Source of the DNA: Mytilus edulis
Taxonomy: Eukaryota
Length of the DNA stretch: 64,000 bases
Assembly: GCF_963676685.1 (NCBI RefSeq)
Contig: NC_092345.1
Location: 52,142,001 to 52,206,000 of the forward strand
Direction: 5' to 3'
A program made the translations under genes and the position numbers. Positions 14,351-28,100 of the stretch are shown in pieces. The notes beneath the pieces were generated by a model that was not told where the DNA came from, ran no database searches, and saw nothing but the letters and a program-made list of their open reading frames with translations. Every line of letters starts with the position of its first letter. Within the stretch, counting starts at the first letter, position 1.

Positions 14351-17300
14351 ATGTTCCTAAATATAATTTTCGCATTTCGACGTATATCTTCTTTGTGTAC
14401 AAAAATAGATTTAAATGTCTTCATGTAAACAAAAACAGCTGATCGATCATAAGTATATTTAAATATGAAAAATCCTTTTAAATTTCCCTTTTCATATAAG
14501 TAATATGCGATATACAACAGAAAGTATCTGACTAATTCCTTTGTAAGCAATGACCACTTTATTAGCTCACGGATATATAGACAAAGCAATCTGTGTCACG
14601 TGGATTGGAAGCTTACACAAAGATTTACCTTAAAAACTGACAAACTTTTTCAATAAATTAATCATATGACCTCAAAAGTGAAAAATTATTTGGAGAAATT
14701 CCAAAATCGGACGCTGATTTTTCTTTGTGTACATATTTGGAACGTTATTTTCACTTGGTTAAAACGGAAAACACATGACAGGAACAAAGACGAAATCAAT
14801 AGGGATTTCTAAATTAGTTCACAGGTAGATCTAGATCTGATCTGCATAATTACAACTTTGCATATATACCACTTTGCAGTTGAAATCGATAATAAGTGAA
14901 TAGCTTATATCTTGTTATAGTAGTATGAACTTTGGCCATGAAAATCAAAGGTTGTTTCATTATCTAACTTCGATTAAAGCGCAAATGTTTCAATGTCACG
15001 AAAACTCTAATTAAAGAACTTTATGCAGGGAAGCGATCGATTACCGATGACCTTATAAGCTCCCTACCTTTCGAAGACATACAAAGTATTGAGCGATACT
15101 TTTTATCGATGCTATCAAGAATTACTTCCTTTTGTAGAGAGTGGCAATTTCGTCTAGTTCTTAGAGCACCAAACTGATGATGTGCACGAGAAAATGAATA
15201 GAAACAGAATTTTCATATTGGAAGAGATTAGGGAAATGTCACTCGAAGGCTTTCTGAAATTTCGTAGTTGCAGAGCGGGGTTTTATTGGGTTTTTAGACA
15301 CTGTTGACAAAACGTATTGATTTAAATACCAATTTTGTGCTTTATCATCGCTGAATAAGTTACGACTTCAGTCCAATATTTTGAAAATCGATTGAGGTAA
15401 ATTGATATAGATTATCACGAATGATAATGCTTGTTCCTGGAAATCGATCATTTCCAGAATTCTTAATACTGTTTTCAGAAGGGCTTTAACTAATCAAAGA
15501 TACCAGCGACAGTTAACACAAAAAAATCTTATGTTTAAAATTGATCAAAGTTATACTGAAAAGAAAATAGTCGCAGGCTTATAATTTTGTCGCGCGTTTC
15601 TTCTACAGAAGGCTCAATCATGTTCGAATAAAAAAAATGCCATATTTAGTAAGAAGTTGAAGAGGATTGAGGAGCAGTACTTCCGAAAGGTTTTACAAAC
15701 ATACATTGTAAGCGATCCTCGACACTGCAATTATTAGTAATTATTTGTAGTAAATAAAGCTTTAAATTTAGAAAGCGATATATAAAAAGCACCAAACTTG
15801 GAAATCTGCAACTGGACACAAAATATTAATAGATCATCCCATATTTTCTCCGAATCAATAGAAAATAAGACCTAAATAGGCAGATTCTTGAAACGGAAAT
15901 GTAAAACATTTACATAAAGCAGTCGCAAATCCAGGAAATATTTCCGCATTTAATCAAGCAAGTCTTAGAAAAACTAAGTAATATATGTAACTTCCCTTTA
16001 TCAGATTCCCAAAAGACTGCATGTTTGATACTGAGTTGATTTTTACAATCTCGTTAGCTTTAAAAGACAATATCAAACATTTATAAATGAAATTAATGAA
16101 ATGATATGATCATGAAAGGTTGGGATGGTGCATTAAAGAGGAACGGGGTGGATCCTAGATTTCAAATTCATAGGCTGCAGCTTTCTCATATGATTCATGA
16201 TCCTCTCATCCTTTTTATAGAAGAGTTTCGGGGATTTTGTCATTTTGTCATTATTGTACGCAAATGCCTTCAATAGTTGCACACCCTTAAATGAGCGCCT
16301 GTTTAATCGTTGTTAAGGTAACTTTATAAATCTGAATATTTTTTTTAATATTGAACACAATTGTATTTCTGTTCTTTTACATCAATTGTTTCCTGACATT
16401 AGTCCATAAGGGTCAACAGAAGACGAGGCACTATACATATATATTTAATACAATATCGTATCTATACAAATGTAAAATTTAAACTGTTTACATGTTTACA
16501 ATTTGATTGATTTTAAATTTTATCTATATGTTTTAAGTTGGTTTGAATTAAAATTGATAGAGCAGAAATATGTCAAACTGTGGAAACGTTATTCGAGTGA
16601 GGTAAACATGAGGTGAAGTCGTTGAGTTCTTTCTTTGTAAACTATTTACAGTATTGATATTTATTCAACGTGTTGGGTAGATTTGGGTACCAGAAGATTA
16701 TTTGCGTGTTCAATATTGGCAAAGTTTCATCTTTGTTGAAAAATTAGCTAATATTCACAATATTGGACATGTAATACAAACTTTCTTTGTGACTGTTTCA
16801 TATAGATAATATACTTACGAGAGTATTAAAATATGAAATATTTAAATGTAAACACAAAGAAAGGAAAGATATCTACATGATCCCTTATTACATTAAAGGT
16901 AGAACTTCGACTCTGGATGTAATGAGTCAGAGAAGGACAGATCATAGTATGCGTATATTCATAGATGCCACAAAAATACCTAAATTTCCTGATATATTTC
17001 GCGTTAAAAAATCTATTTATACTGCATTTTCACTACAAAAGAAACACGTCGATTGTCACTTTATAGGACATTCTATATTTTTGTTTAAATGTCCTAGATT
17101 TGAACCTTTTAAACTACGCAAACTGTTATAATATACCAAAACAGATATTTGTGTTTTAACACTGAAAAGAACAAATAGCGATTATATGCATTGTAGTAAA
17201 TATACATTGTATGAGTTAAAAATTCTACTGATATACATCTTTATAAATTTCTTTTAGTTATTCTAAGATGACTTTTCGCCTTGCGAAGTTATAGTCCTAG

Positions 17301-18575
17301 CGTAAGACTGGAAATACATTATAAAATTGGTAGCAACTCCCTCTCTGCTAAACATGCGGCATTTGAATTCGATCAGCTCCCAAATGTGACCGAGATGAGT
17401 CCTTTTGAACAAGAAATTTTACTTCTAGAGCTATATAGTTTAAAACCAGCCAAGATTAAACAAACAAGAAAACAAACCGGGTTCGTACTGATATTGCATA
17501 TACTAAGGACATGTGTTTGTTCTGAAGATGGTTAAAAAATAACATTATATGAAAAACCGTTCACTCAAAATTCTACTTGATGTTCAACAGTATTTCAAAT
17601 CCGTCTTTTGTACGTTCAATACTAGTATCAATGTATTCATCTGTCTCCGAAATTATGAACATGATAGTTCAAAAATTAGATTAGCAAAGCACCGTCACCG
17701 CTGTTCCGGAGTTTGAAACCACAGATGACAGAAAAAAAATATGGCTATCTCGTTTCCGTTACAACCTTTTGCAGGATTGAAGAAAATCAATTTTTATTGT
17801 TTTATAATCGTCCACTCTTTCTGCAACTGCATTTAACTACTAATTATTCAGTCCTAGGCTATCACACTTCGTAGATAATTTGGTGAAAAACAAAAAAATA
17901 TTTGTGCGCTAGAATAGCAATGACCTACAGTGAACTATATGTGTTATATCGTCATATTTTGTATTGAAACATAAATAGTATACCAATTTTAAATGAAGAT
18001 CGTTCCAGCTGTTTCGTGTACATGTATATCCCTTTAACCAAGCTTTAATTTTGACCATTGACCTCAGTACACACTCGTCTCCTGATTAACAACATTAAAG
18101 ATTGTCTATAAAAGGTTTAATGAGGTTTGCTTTTTCTGTAATGTGATTATAAGGTAATAAATCACAAACCTGACCTCTGATTGGCAGGGTCATTGGCAGT
18201 CACATCTTACCTTGACAATAATGGGAGTCAACATCTTTCATTCTTCTTGATTCTGACTAGAAAATTTGATGAAAAAGGAAGGGTCAACTTCCCCTTCATT
18301 TATTTTACACTGGAACCATGTTCAAAGTATTTCAATCTTTATACTAAAAGTTATTGTAACAAGATTACAGCTGTTGAAATGCGTGTACTTTTATGTTGAA
18401 ACAACTATAAGAATTAGTTCTGAACTTGCAACCAAATCTGAAGGGTTAAAAATGACTAACAGATTGCAATTTTGAAAGATTTTGGGGAATATTGAGTATC
18501 TATAGGACATAAGAGTTACGACATTCTTAACCAAAATTGAAGTCTGTAAGACCCATACTAATTCATCTTGGTTAA

Positions 18576-18763
18576 TAAAATTGAGAATGGAAATAGGGAA
18601 TGTTTCAAAGAGACAACAACCCGACCACAGAACGAACAGACAACAGCAGAAGGTCACCAACAGGTCTTCAATGCAGTGAGAAACTCCCACACCCGGAGGC
18701 GTCCCCTAGCTTGCCCACAAAAAAACAAACACATATACTAGTTCAGTGATAATGAACGCCATA
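18576..18763. repeat. Dispersed repeat family (ataaaattgagaatggaaat...cggaggcgtcc), unclassified
   Basis: Second copy at 59105-59232; decayed reverse copies at ~1875-1990 and ~9640-9765. Confidence 0.75.
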
Positions 18764-18772
18764 AAGTATATA

Positions 18773-19380
18773 TGTTCCAGACCATATGAGTATTTGGACT
18801 GTACACGTACGGTCCGGACCGTATACGTATACTCATACGGTCCGACCATACGCGTACGGTCGGACCAAATGAGTATACGCGTATGGTCCAGTATGAGCTG
18901 ACCATACATGTTATTAGATCATATGGGTTAAATTTAAACAAACATTTAATATTTATTTTTAGTTTTACAAATTGTTATTATTACAATAAGATGGATAAAA
19001 TAAACAAACGAACACTTGAAATCAAATATTTGTTTAATTGAATATCTGAATCCTATTTTGGTACTCTCGCCCAAGGTGACACTTGCTACCACAAGTAGCG
19101 TAATATTTTTTACATTTACATGTTTGCAGTTCATGCTTGTTCCTTTGCATTTGGATTTTCTTTGTAAAGTTGCTAAATTGGCCTCCCACATTATATTTAC
19201 TTCCGAGAACTTCAAATTCAGTGATCATTATTCAATAAATGTATTATTATATTGATCCAGATGCTAAATACTAGAGATTAACATATTTAATAAGCATAAT
19301 TTTTTTAAATAGTTAAAATATAAAGTGTTTATTTTAAAAAAAGTACGCATACGGTCTAAATACTCATACAGTCTGGAACA
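18773..19380. mobile_element. Non-autonomous DNA transposon with TGT..ACA termini and TATA TSD (Ginger-like)
   Basis: TGTTCCAGACCATATGAGTATTTGGAC / GTCTAAATACTCATACAGTCTGGAACA; subterminal CGTACGGTC repeats. Confidence 0.75.
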
Positions 19381-22094
19381 TATACATTGTATTCAAAAAC
19401 AAGTACAAGTTATGATAATTATAATCACAGCAATAGCTTTTTGATTTCATAGCTATATATTAAAATTTAAGTCTTTGAAGCATATCATTTTTCTAGGTTT
19501 CAACAACTTTCAAATGTTGTGCTTCTGAGTAAAACAGGTTCAGAGGAAATTTGCCATTATCCATCCGTCTATGCTCTAACAATTTAACTTGCATTGCCTG
19601 GGCAGGTTTTTTTTTAGAAACAAGAGTGCACACCCTGAAATGTCTTGCCTTCCTTATAATTACTGATCATTGATTTTATGTTGATAGTTTTACTACATCA
19701 CATAAAATTCACTTGATCCAAGAAAATGAGACCAGACGGACATACAGACCTTACAACCATTTTATACACCAAATATAGTTGACCTTTTGCTTAAAGTTAA
19801 GAAAACCAGACAAAAAGCAAAAAACTTTACACTGAGCTATGAACCGTGAAAATGAAGTCAAGGTCATATAAAACCTGCCAGACTGACAATTTCATAGAAA
19901 AATATTTCCATACACCACATATAGTTGACCTATTGCATGTAGTATTTGAAAATTAGACTAAAACAAAAACTTAATTTTAACCACTGAACCAATAAAATAA
20001 GGTCAAGGGCAGATGACACCTGCCAGTTGGACTTGAACATCTTAAAATCACTTTATGCACCAAATATAGTGTACCTTTTGCTTATAGTATCCAAGATATG
20101 GACTTGACCACGAAAACGTAACCTTGTTCACTGATCCATAAATGAGGTTGAGGTCAAGTAAAAACTGTCTGACTACCAAGAGGACCTTGCAAGGTACACA
20201 CATACAAGATATTTACCCTATTACTCACAATAAGAGAGAAATTAACTTTTTCTCAAGTTGTTACTGAACCATGAAAATGAGATCAAGGACAATGGACAAT
20301 TAACAGACAGAAACTTCATACCATATGGCATGTTCAGTGGACCGTGCAAATGGGGTAAAAACTCTAATTTGGCATTAAAATTAGAAAGATCTATCATAGG
20401 GAACATATGTACTAAGTTTCAAGTTGATTGGACTTCATCAAAAACTACCTCGACCAAAAACTTTAACCTGAAGCGGGACAGACAGACGGACGGACGCACA
20501 GACCAGAAAATATAATGCCCATAAAAGTGTAGGAGAACTGAAATTCAGAATTATGGACAAACTGACCAAAGAACAAAGAGTGAAATATTATTTATAATCA
20601 ATTATGCTATGCCAATGAAGAATTAAAAATAAGATATTTAAATCTAATGACACTTGTATTTTTTTTTATTACAGAATTATTAAAATTATGACACATAATT
20701 TAAAATAAATGGCAGTGTATCAAGAATCACAACATTTAAAACATTTTAAATAATATAAAAAGAACACATACATGAAATGGTCATTTTAATGTATCATAAT
20801 GCAAACTGGTCAATTAACCATGATTTTTTACATACATTTACTATACATCCATTCATCATTCAATTCAATTAATTTTTCATACTATGATTTATGCAACTGT
20901 ATTCTGATTATTTGTTTACTCCAAATTAATGCTTTGTAATATCAGAAATTACAGATTTAATGGGAAGAAGGATATGACAGTAACTCTTTCTGTTTCTTTT
21001 TTCTACAAAATCATTTTCCAGTCGTTCCTCTAAATTTATTGATGAACATTTTAGTCAGCACTAACATTAGAAAATCATTTGACCTGTTTCTTTTAGGTCA
21101 AACTTATAAATAAAACTTATTTAGAACAATTTTATGATACTTCAATTCTTGTATTCATTAAACAGTAAGAGAAATTTCTCATATCTTATGCCCCAGTGGA
21201 GAATCATACTATTGTTTTTTTCTACTTCTTTTTCAACCTAGTTTTGGTTCAACCTTCCAACTATTAGTCAATTTAGTCTATGATATTCAGATTATTAAAA
21301 GAACCTTCTCCTCTCTTTATCAGGCTAATATTTCACATCACTTTCCTTGGGACCTTGAACTTTTGAACTCAAAGGAATAATCCAATTCAACAAATGGGAG
21401 ATAACTCAAAAAGAAATTTAAATGCAGAGATAAACAATTATAGTTATCTCCCATCCTTTAAAAGCTTTTAATGGGTAAAGACATTGGTCAGATTTTCCCA
21501 TAGTATCAGTATCCTGTTCATGATTGAAATGTTAAATGAGTTAATTCAATAGACACCTCTAATCTGGCCATGAATATGTAGTGATTTGCAGAGTTAACAT
21601 CCAACCAAACCTTGTAGAAACATACTAAGTATTGAACACTTTTGGCATTAAAGGGAAATAAAACACATTGCTCATTAGTGATTAAAGAAATTTACCAAAC
21701 TGGATGTGAAACAGTAAATTTATCAAAATAAAAACATTTGATAATTTAATTTGGTACTTCTTGCATGTTTTTATCAAAATTTTCACCTGTTTTTATTTTT
21801 GATAAACAATTAAATCTGAATAAAAAGTTCCAAATATGAATACAAGTACCTTAAAAAAGGCTATTATTTTAGTGACCTGATGTTTACCAGTACATAATAG
21901 CATTTGTGATGTAATTGCAGATATCATTTCCAAAATACATAACAAAATCTTCTATAGAAACATACATATCCTTCATGAAAAATACAACAATACAATATGA
22001 CCTTCGACTTAAAATCATCAATTGCTGTAATGCATTCTGAATAATGTCTTTGTCTGGGTTTTTATTCTTTGGTTTTTCTCTGAAAAACTTGCTG

Positions 22095-22134
22095 TTATTG
22101 GGATTTTCTGGATGTCATTTTTCTTTGCCTACTT
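22095..22134 (-). CDS. DOLPP1: DOLPP1 exon 8 ([12 protein letters not shown] stop)
   Basis: ttttattgtag acceptor; TAA stop; resembles the vertebrate C-terminus RQRKLGTKLQ. Confidence 0.92.
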
Positions 22135-25100
22135 CTACAATAAAAAATATATAAATAAATAATTTTATTTGACAATTTGTAAAAAATTCCTACTTATTCA
22201 AATATTGTTTGTTGAATCTTAATTTTCCTGCACAAACCATTATTGTAAAACATTCTGTGCTCTTATCAAGTTATGATTTTTTCAACCCTATATTTTATTA
22301 GACTGTCCTGAATCTATTTCCGTCATAACACAATAACAATATTCATGCATTTTATTCCAAAAGTGTCCATTTTGAAACAAGTTGGGAATCATTTACTGTA
22401 TTATTGTGTTTTTATAAATAAAATTTTTGTAATGAAGGCGAAAACTATATTTTTGTTTTCATTTGGTTACAAGTATATAAATTGTAAAAAAAATAACATC
22501 TTTTATAAAACATTCAAGCTATTATTGTAGATTGAGTTAGAGCGTAATAATTATTCATCAACATTTTGATTAATTGAACACTTACCTGGCTTCAGTTCTA
22601 GATGAAGTATATTCAAACCACATGACATGAGGAATTAAAGTAGAATCTCGTAACATAAAAAATTCTCCAACAGGACTGAAAGTAAAGATCAGAATGTGTT
22701 ATTAAGTTATTAAAAAATTTCTAAATCTAGACTGCAGAAAATTATTCTATAATGGTTATATCTTGCCACTAATTGATTATTGTTGTATAGTGTGGAGTAG
22801 TTGTAGCAGTGAGGGTTTAAAAAGGATATTAAAATTACAAAAGAGGGCTGCTAGATTAATACTAGAAACAGACCCATTCGCTCCTTCTGCACCCTTATTA
22901 AAACATTTAAATTGGATGACAGTTGAACAGAGAATAAAATATCATAAGTTAGTGATGACATTTAAGTGCATTAAAAATGAGGCCCCATCATATCTTACTA
23001 ACAAGTTTCATTATGTTTCAGACAGAAATCCATACCCCTTGAGAAATGCTGTTCAATGAAACCTCATACTCCCTAAACCAAAAACAGAATTGTTCAAAAA
23101 ATCTTTTATGTATTCTGGACCATTCTTGTGGAATAATTTGCCAATACCGTTAAGAAATATTACAAATGTTAATTCTTTCAAATACAAAATAACAGATCAT
23201 TTATTGAAATCAACCTAGCTATATCAATAATATTAAAAACTGATCATGTCATCATGTTTATTTTTTTTTCATCACATTTTATCAAGTTGTATTAAACATT
23301 ATTATCATACTTGACTTTTTATACTAATGTATGCAATGTATATGTTTGCATTTTGTTTGATTTCTCATGATGAGGGCCTCAGGGAAGATTAGTTGTATAG
23401 CTAACTGTGTAACCCTCTTAAAATAAAGTATTGTTGTTGTTGTTGTTGTTCACCTAAAAAAATCATTTACCCTCTCAGGCCATGTTTAGAGTTATGGTTA
23501 GTCTAAATGATATATAGAGGATGAAGAAGTTTAAATTTAATTTTGACCTGATCATGGTGTAATATCTTGATAGCAGGAATAATTAGATGAGGCAGAAAGA
23601 TCTTTTAAATTTCTGTCAGAAATCTGAGCAAAAAAAAACCATCTATGAACCTAACTAAAAATAAATGATTATATATTTTTATACATTTGATTCTATTAGA
23701 ACAATTAACAAGTTTTACCATAAGATTTTTGAATAACAGCACCATTCTTGAATGTCTATCTTTTTCTGTTATAAAGATATGCTTTCTAATGTTAGTTTCA
23801 AATATAGAGCTAGAATTAGATTGATTTTTCTGATTATACTACATGTATTTACTTACTGAGCAGCTAAAGTTGGAAATAAAGGAGTTAAAACAATTTGTAC
23901 AACACCAAACCATACAGCTCCTAGAAATACACCCATTAAAGCACCACAAGATACTTGGAAAAATGTATGATAGGCTAAATATACCCTGAAATCAAATAAA
24001 AAGAAATTATTTAATGTAAGAATTCAGAATGGAAGTCTGAAATATTATACTGCGGATTCATTATTATTTGTTGGATACCAATTTTTGTGGATTTGGTAGG
24101 TACAGATGAATCACAAAACTAACTGTTCAACGAATAACAAATTTTCTATAGGCTTGTAGACATTGTCTTATCGGGGCCTTTTATAGCTGACTATGCGGTC
24201 ATTGTTGTCTGTCTGTTGAAGGCCGTACGGTGACCTATAGTTGTTAATGTCTGTGTCATTTTGGTCTTTTGTGGATAGTTGTCTCATTGGCAATCATACC
24301 ACAACTTCTTTTTTATATTGTATGCAGACTTTATTTAATCACGGAATTATCCATGAACATGTAAGTTTTCCTTAATCCTCGAAAATTGGTACTTACAAAA
24401 TAAATGAATCTACAGTAGTACTTTTAGTTATACAGGTATGTTGTTTGTCCCAAATTTTGTAGTTTAGGTTTAAAGTTTCTAATGTTTCAACTTTCCCATG
24501 ATATTTTGTAACCCCTTTTTGGATTTTACCCAGCTACCCATTGATATTTTTCAACTGCAGTCCATAAAATTATCACTATTCTTAAAATTTAATCTCAAAT
24601 ATACAATCATGTACTTCCTTCTGTTCAATATTTTTTATTTATAAAACTCTGTCCTTTTTATTTCTGCAGCCTGACAGAATTGTATTTAACTATATATACT
24701 TATATGTAAAACGCCAAGTTCAATTCTTTTTTGAATTTTGTCAAATGTATTTTAGAATATTGTCAATTTTGAAACCAGGTTTCAGTATTAAACTGTGCCT
24801 ATTCCATGTACTCTTTTGATCTGTAACTTTTTTACTTATGTGGTTTTTTTTTTCTTTCAAATTCAGTTATTTTTTTCTTGTGCACTTAATGCCTACTTTA
24901 TAAAATAAGCCCTTTCTAATTTTTTTCCATATATATGTTGAGTCCGTTCTAAGTTGTGCTGATGCACCATTGCCCAAGTTATGAGGATGTTTGAGTCCTC
25001 ACATAAAAGTTTAACTCCGTAACATTACTCATGTGTCTGACATAAGTCATTAGCATATCCTTAAAGGAGGCTCGTGGGTCTAAATCAAATTTTTTATTTA

Positions 25101-28100
25101 ATATAGGATTTCGCTATATTTTTCTCTAAATGAACTTTATCTTATACTTAATAGAAAAATGAAATAAAAAAATGGGGTCATCGTTCATTTACGCTCACAA
25201 TCTACCTTCGAAAGAAGCATACATTTTTGTTAATGTCCTATTTTTCTGTTGAACTAATAGGAGAAATAGCGGTAATATCGAAATAAAAAAAGAACTTAAT
25301 TACAGAAATCGCTTAAATTTTACAATTATTTAGTTTATGTACAGCTTATTCGAAAACAACAATACAAAATATAGGTCACCGATGAGTTAAAAAAGATATT
25401 TCAATTTTAATGCAAAAATGTTTATTTTTTTTCTCAAAATCTTATACCCGCGAGCCTCCTTAAGTGGTTGTCATTAGTTGTTGCGCAACTCTTTTTTTCT
25501 TAGTTTTTTATAAGCATCAATAAGGCCGTTGGTTCTGTCTTTTGAATTGAGTTACTTTTGCAAAAGCCGAGAACTTTTTATAGCCCACTATTATAAAGTA
25601 CAATATGGAATAAGCTCATTTTATTGATGACTGTACCAAAGTGTTATATAGTTGCTATAAAGTACAATGGTCTCTGGTGGATTGTTGTCTCAATGGCATG
25701 ATATCACATCTACTTATCTCAATATTCAGGTCACTACATTTGCAGCCTTCAACAAGGAATAGAATGCATACTTGATAAATGATTGTTTAAATAGTGCATG
25801 CTTATAGTAAAACTGATCTGATCATTATGCCTTAAATGATATCAACGCTAATTGGAACTTACCTACTATAAAGAACTAAAGAAGATACAAAAAAACAACC
25901 TATACTTGTTATGTATTTCCATAAATCATCTACCCAGTTACTATTTCTGTATACTCTGTAATTAAGAATGATACAAATTTAAAACAATTACAGAAATGAT
26001 TGTCACTTACCTTTTTTTTAATTGAAGTAGCAATTATTCAGTGTCAATTAAGTATCATGTTTATATGGTACATATATAAATGCAGGTAAAAAGAATGTTC
26101 ACCATAAATAGTTCTATAAATTTTCACCAATTCAAAATAGATTATCATTTGGACATTGAGATTAAATGGGTACCGTTAAGGGACCACATCAAAAGTTCAA
26201 TGTAGGATAAAAAACTTAATCCACATAGTTTTTTCACTTTTTATCCTACATCGCTCTTTTGATGTCGTCCCTAAATGAGAAAAACAATTGAACTGAGACG
26301 CAAAAGATAATCTGTTTATCTCTACATGAATTTTGCTGTATCTGTACTGGTAAATACATTTTATTAGATCAGCCAATGAAATTTCAGCCTTCAAATTTTT
26401 TGAAAGTGTGTTTTTATCTGAGAATCTGAGAATCCAATAAGGTTATTTAAACAAAAATAGAAAAGATCATTATTAGATTATTGCAGGGAAAGTATTAACA
26501 CAGGACAGGGTCCTTACTTCATTGCTGTTTTACTTTCAATGTAGTATTTATTTGTCAGATTTATTAATCATAGAATTTCTGCACTCTAAATGTTTTTGTA
26601 TACAATTAATTTAAAGAACCTTAGTGAGTGTTATTAAGTACACTCACCTACCTCAAGCCCCCACATTGAGACTGGACAAACAAATCTCACCAGATTCCTA
26701 AATTCAATTCAAAGACTCAAAACTCTACAAAAGTCAACATATCTAGTTTCATGACTGATGTGTTGTTTCAGAGGTGTCTTGATGACATGAACAGGACTGA
26801 GAGAGGAACAGGTCAAAAACCTGGAAGCAATACATTGTGTGGGGTATAATAAACATACATGTATTTTTCCTGTTTTCAGTTAATGACAAACACAACTTCT
26901 TCATTTGTTTATGTGTGATATTGATTATTTTAACACTTGTGATCATTTATATTCTCAATTCTTTGAAATATTTGAAAATTAAATCCCTTCTGCAATCGAC
27001 AATTTTTGCAGTGTTTTCCCATATGAATAAACCCTCACCTTATAAATAAAAAGAAAACCATATATGTAGAAAAGAACCAAGCAAACTGTGCATGACTTGA
27101 TGGCATTCCATATTCTGTAAATAATGTCTGTCTTCCTGCAAATATTGATAAACATGATCAATAACAGCACAAATACATAATTATTAATTAAACAATATAA
27201 GATATTTAAGCGAAATGTAAATCAAATGTGAGCATGTACATAAAGATCTTCTGTGAAGCACAAGAGCCTCTCACATCGCATTTTATTCTTTAAATAAAAC
27301 TATCAACATTTTTTTATTATTGAAACTTATAAAAAGTTGATGAGAACTGGGCTTTTCAGTCCTATAGAATTGATAACAGAAAAATGTTAATTTTAAAAAC
27401 AATATTTCCATTTAGCAAGTTAATGTATTTACAAAGAAAGCAGTTAACAGAACAGATAATTACAAAGTCCATAACATAATCAAAGAGCAGATTGCTCTGA
27501 GGGATACGATTGCCATAGTTTTTCATTGATACATGTATAGCAGTTCTGCCAACTTTTCATTAAGCAAATGCATGAGATTTGGCCAACATTGAAAAGATCA
27601 AAGGGAAAAAATAGATCCAAGGATACTGCCGCAAAAAAGCATGAACATGCGTGAGTCTCACGCATTTTTGGCAGCCCTGGTACAGCTGGATAGTATTATT
27701 TTCAAAACTAATTCAACTGCACATGCAAAATGTATTAATCTGGATAGTCACTTAACTTTAAAAATAGCCAATCCCGGATACAAGTGTATGAGCAATTTAC
27801 TTATTAGGTCTTTCCACTTTTCTGTGGAAATACCTATTGTTTTTCTTCTGATTATTTTTTTTTTTTTCTTCCGCCAAATTTTGTTCTTGCGATAAACATT
27901 TGTTTCGCAATATGTCGCTTAGATATTTGGTATATGATATCGAACAGTTTATGCGCTTTTGAAATTTACCCTCCGTAACTGAATACTATTCTTTGTAAAA
28001 GTTATCTCCCCAAACACTGTTTTCCTTGTGTCCACAACTCCTTCGCAACCGTAAAAGATTACGACAAATTTATTTTATAAAATTGCTCGTTATATCCTTC

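Noticed and set aside
17285-17455. Possible tRNA or ncRNA
   Set aside because: Looks like a decayed SINE core (ataaaattggt...ctgctaaacatgcggcatt); no cloverleaf.
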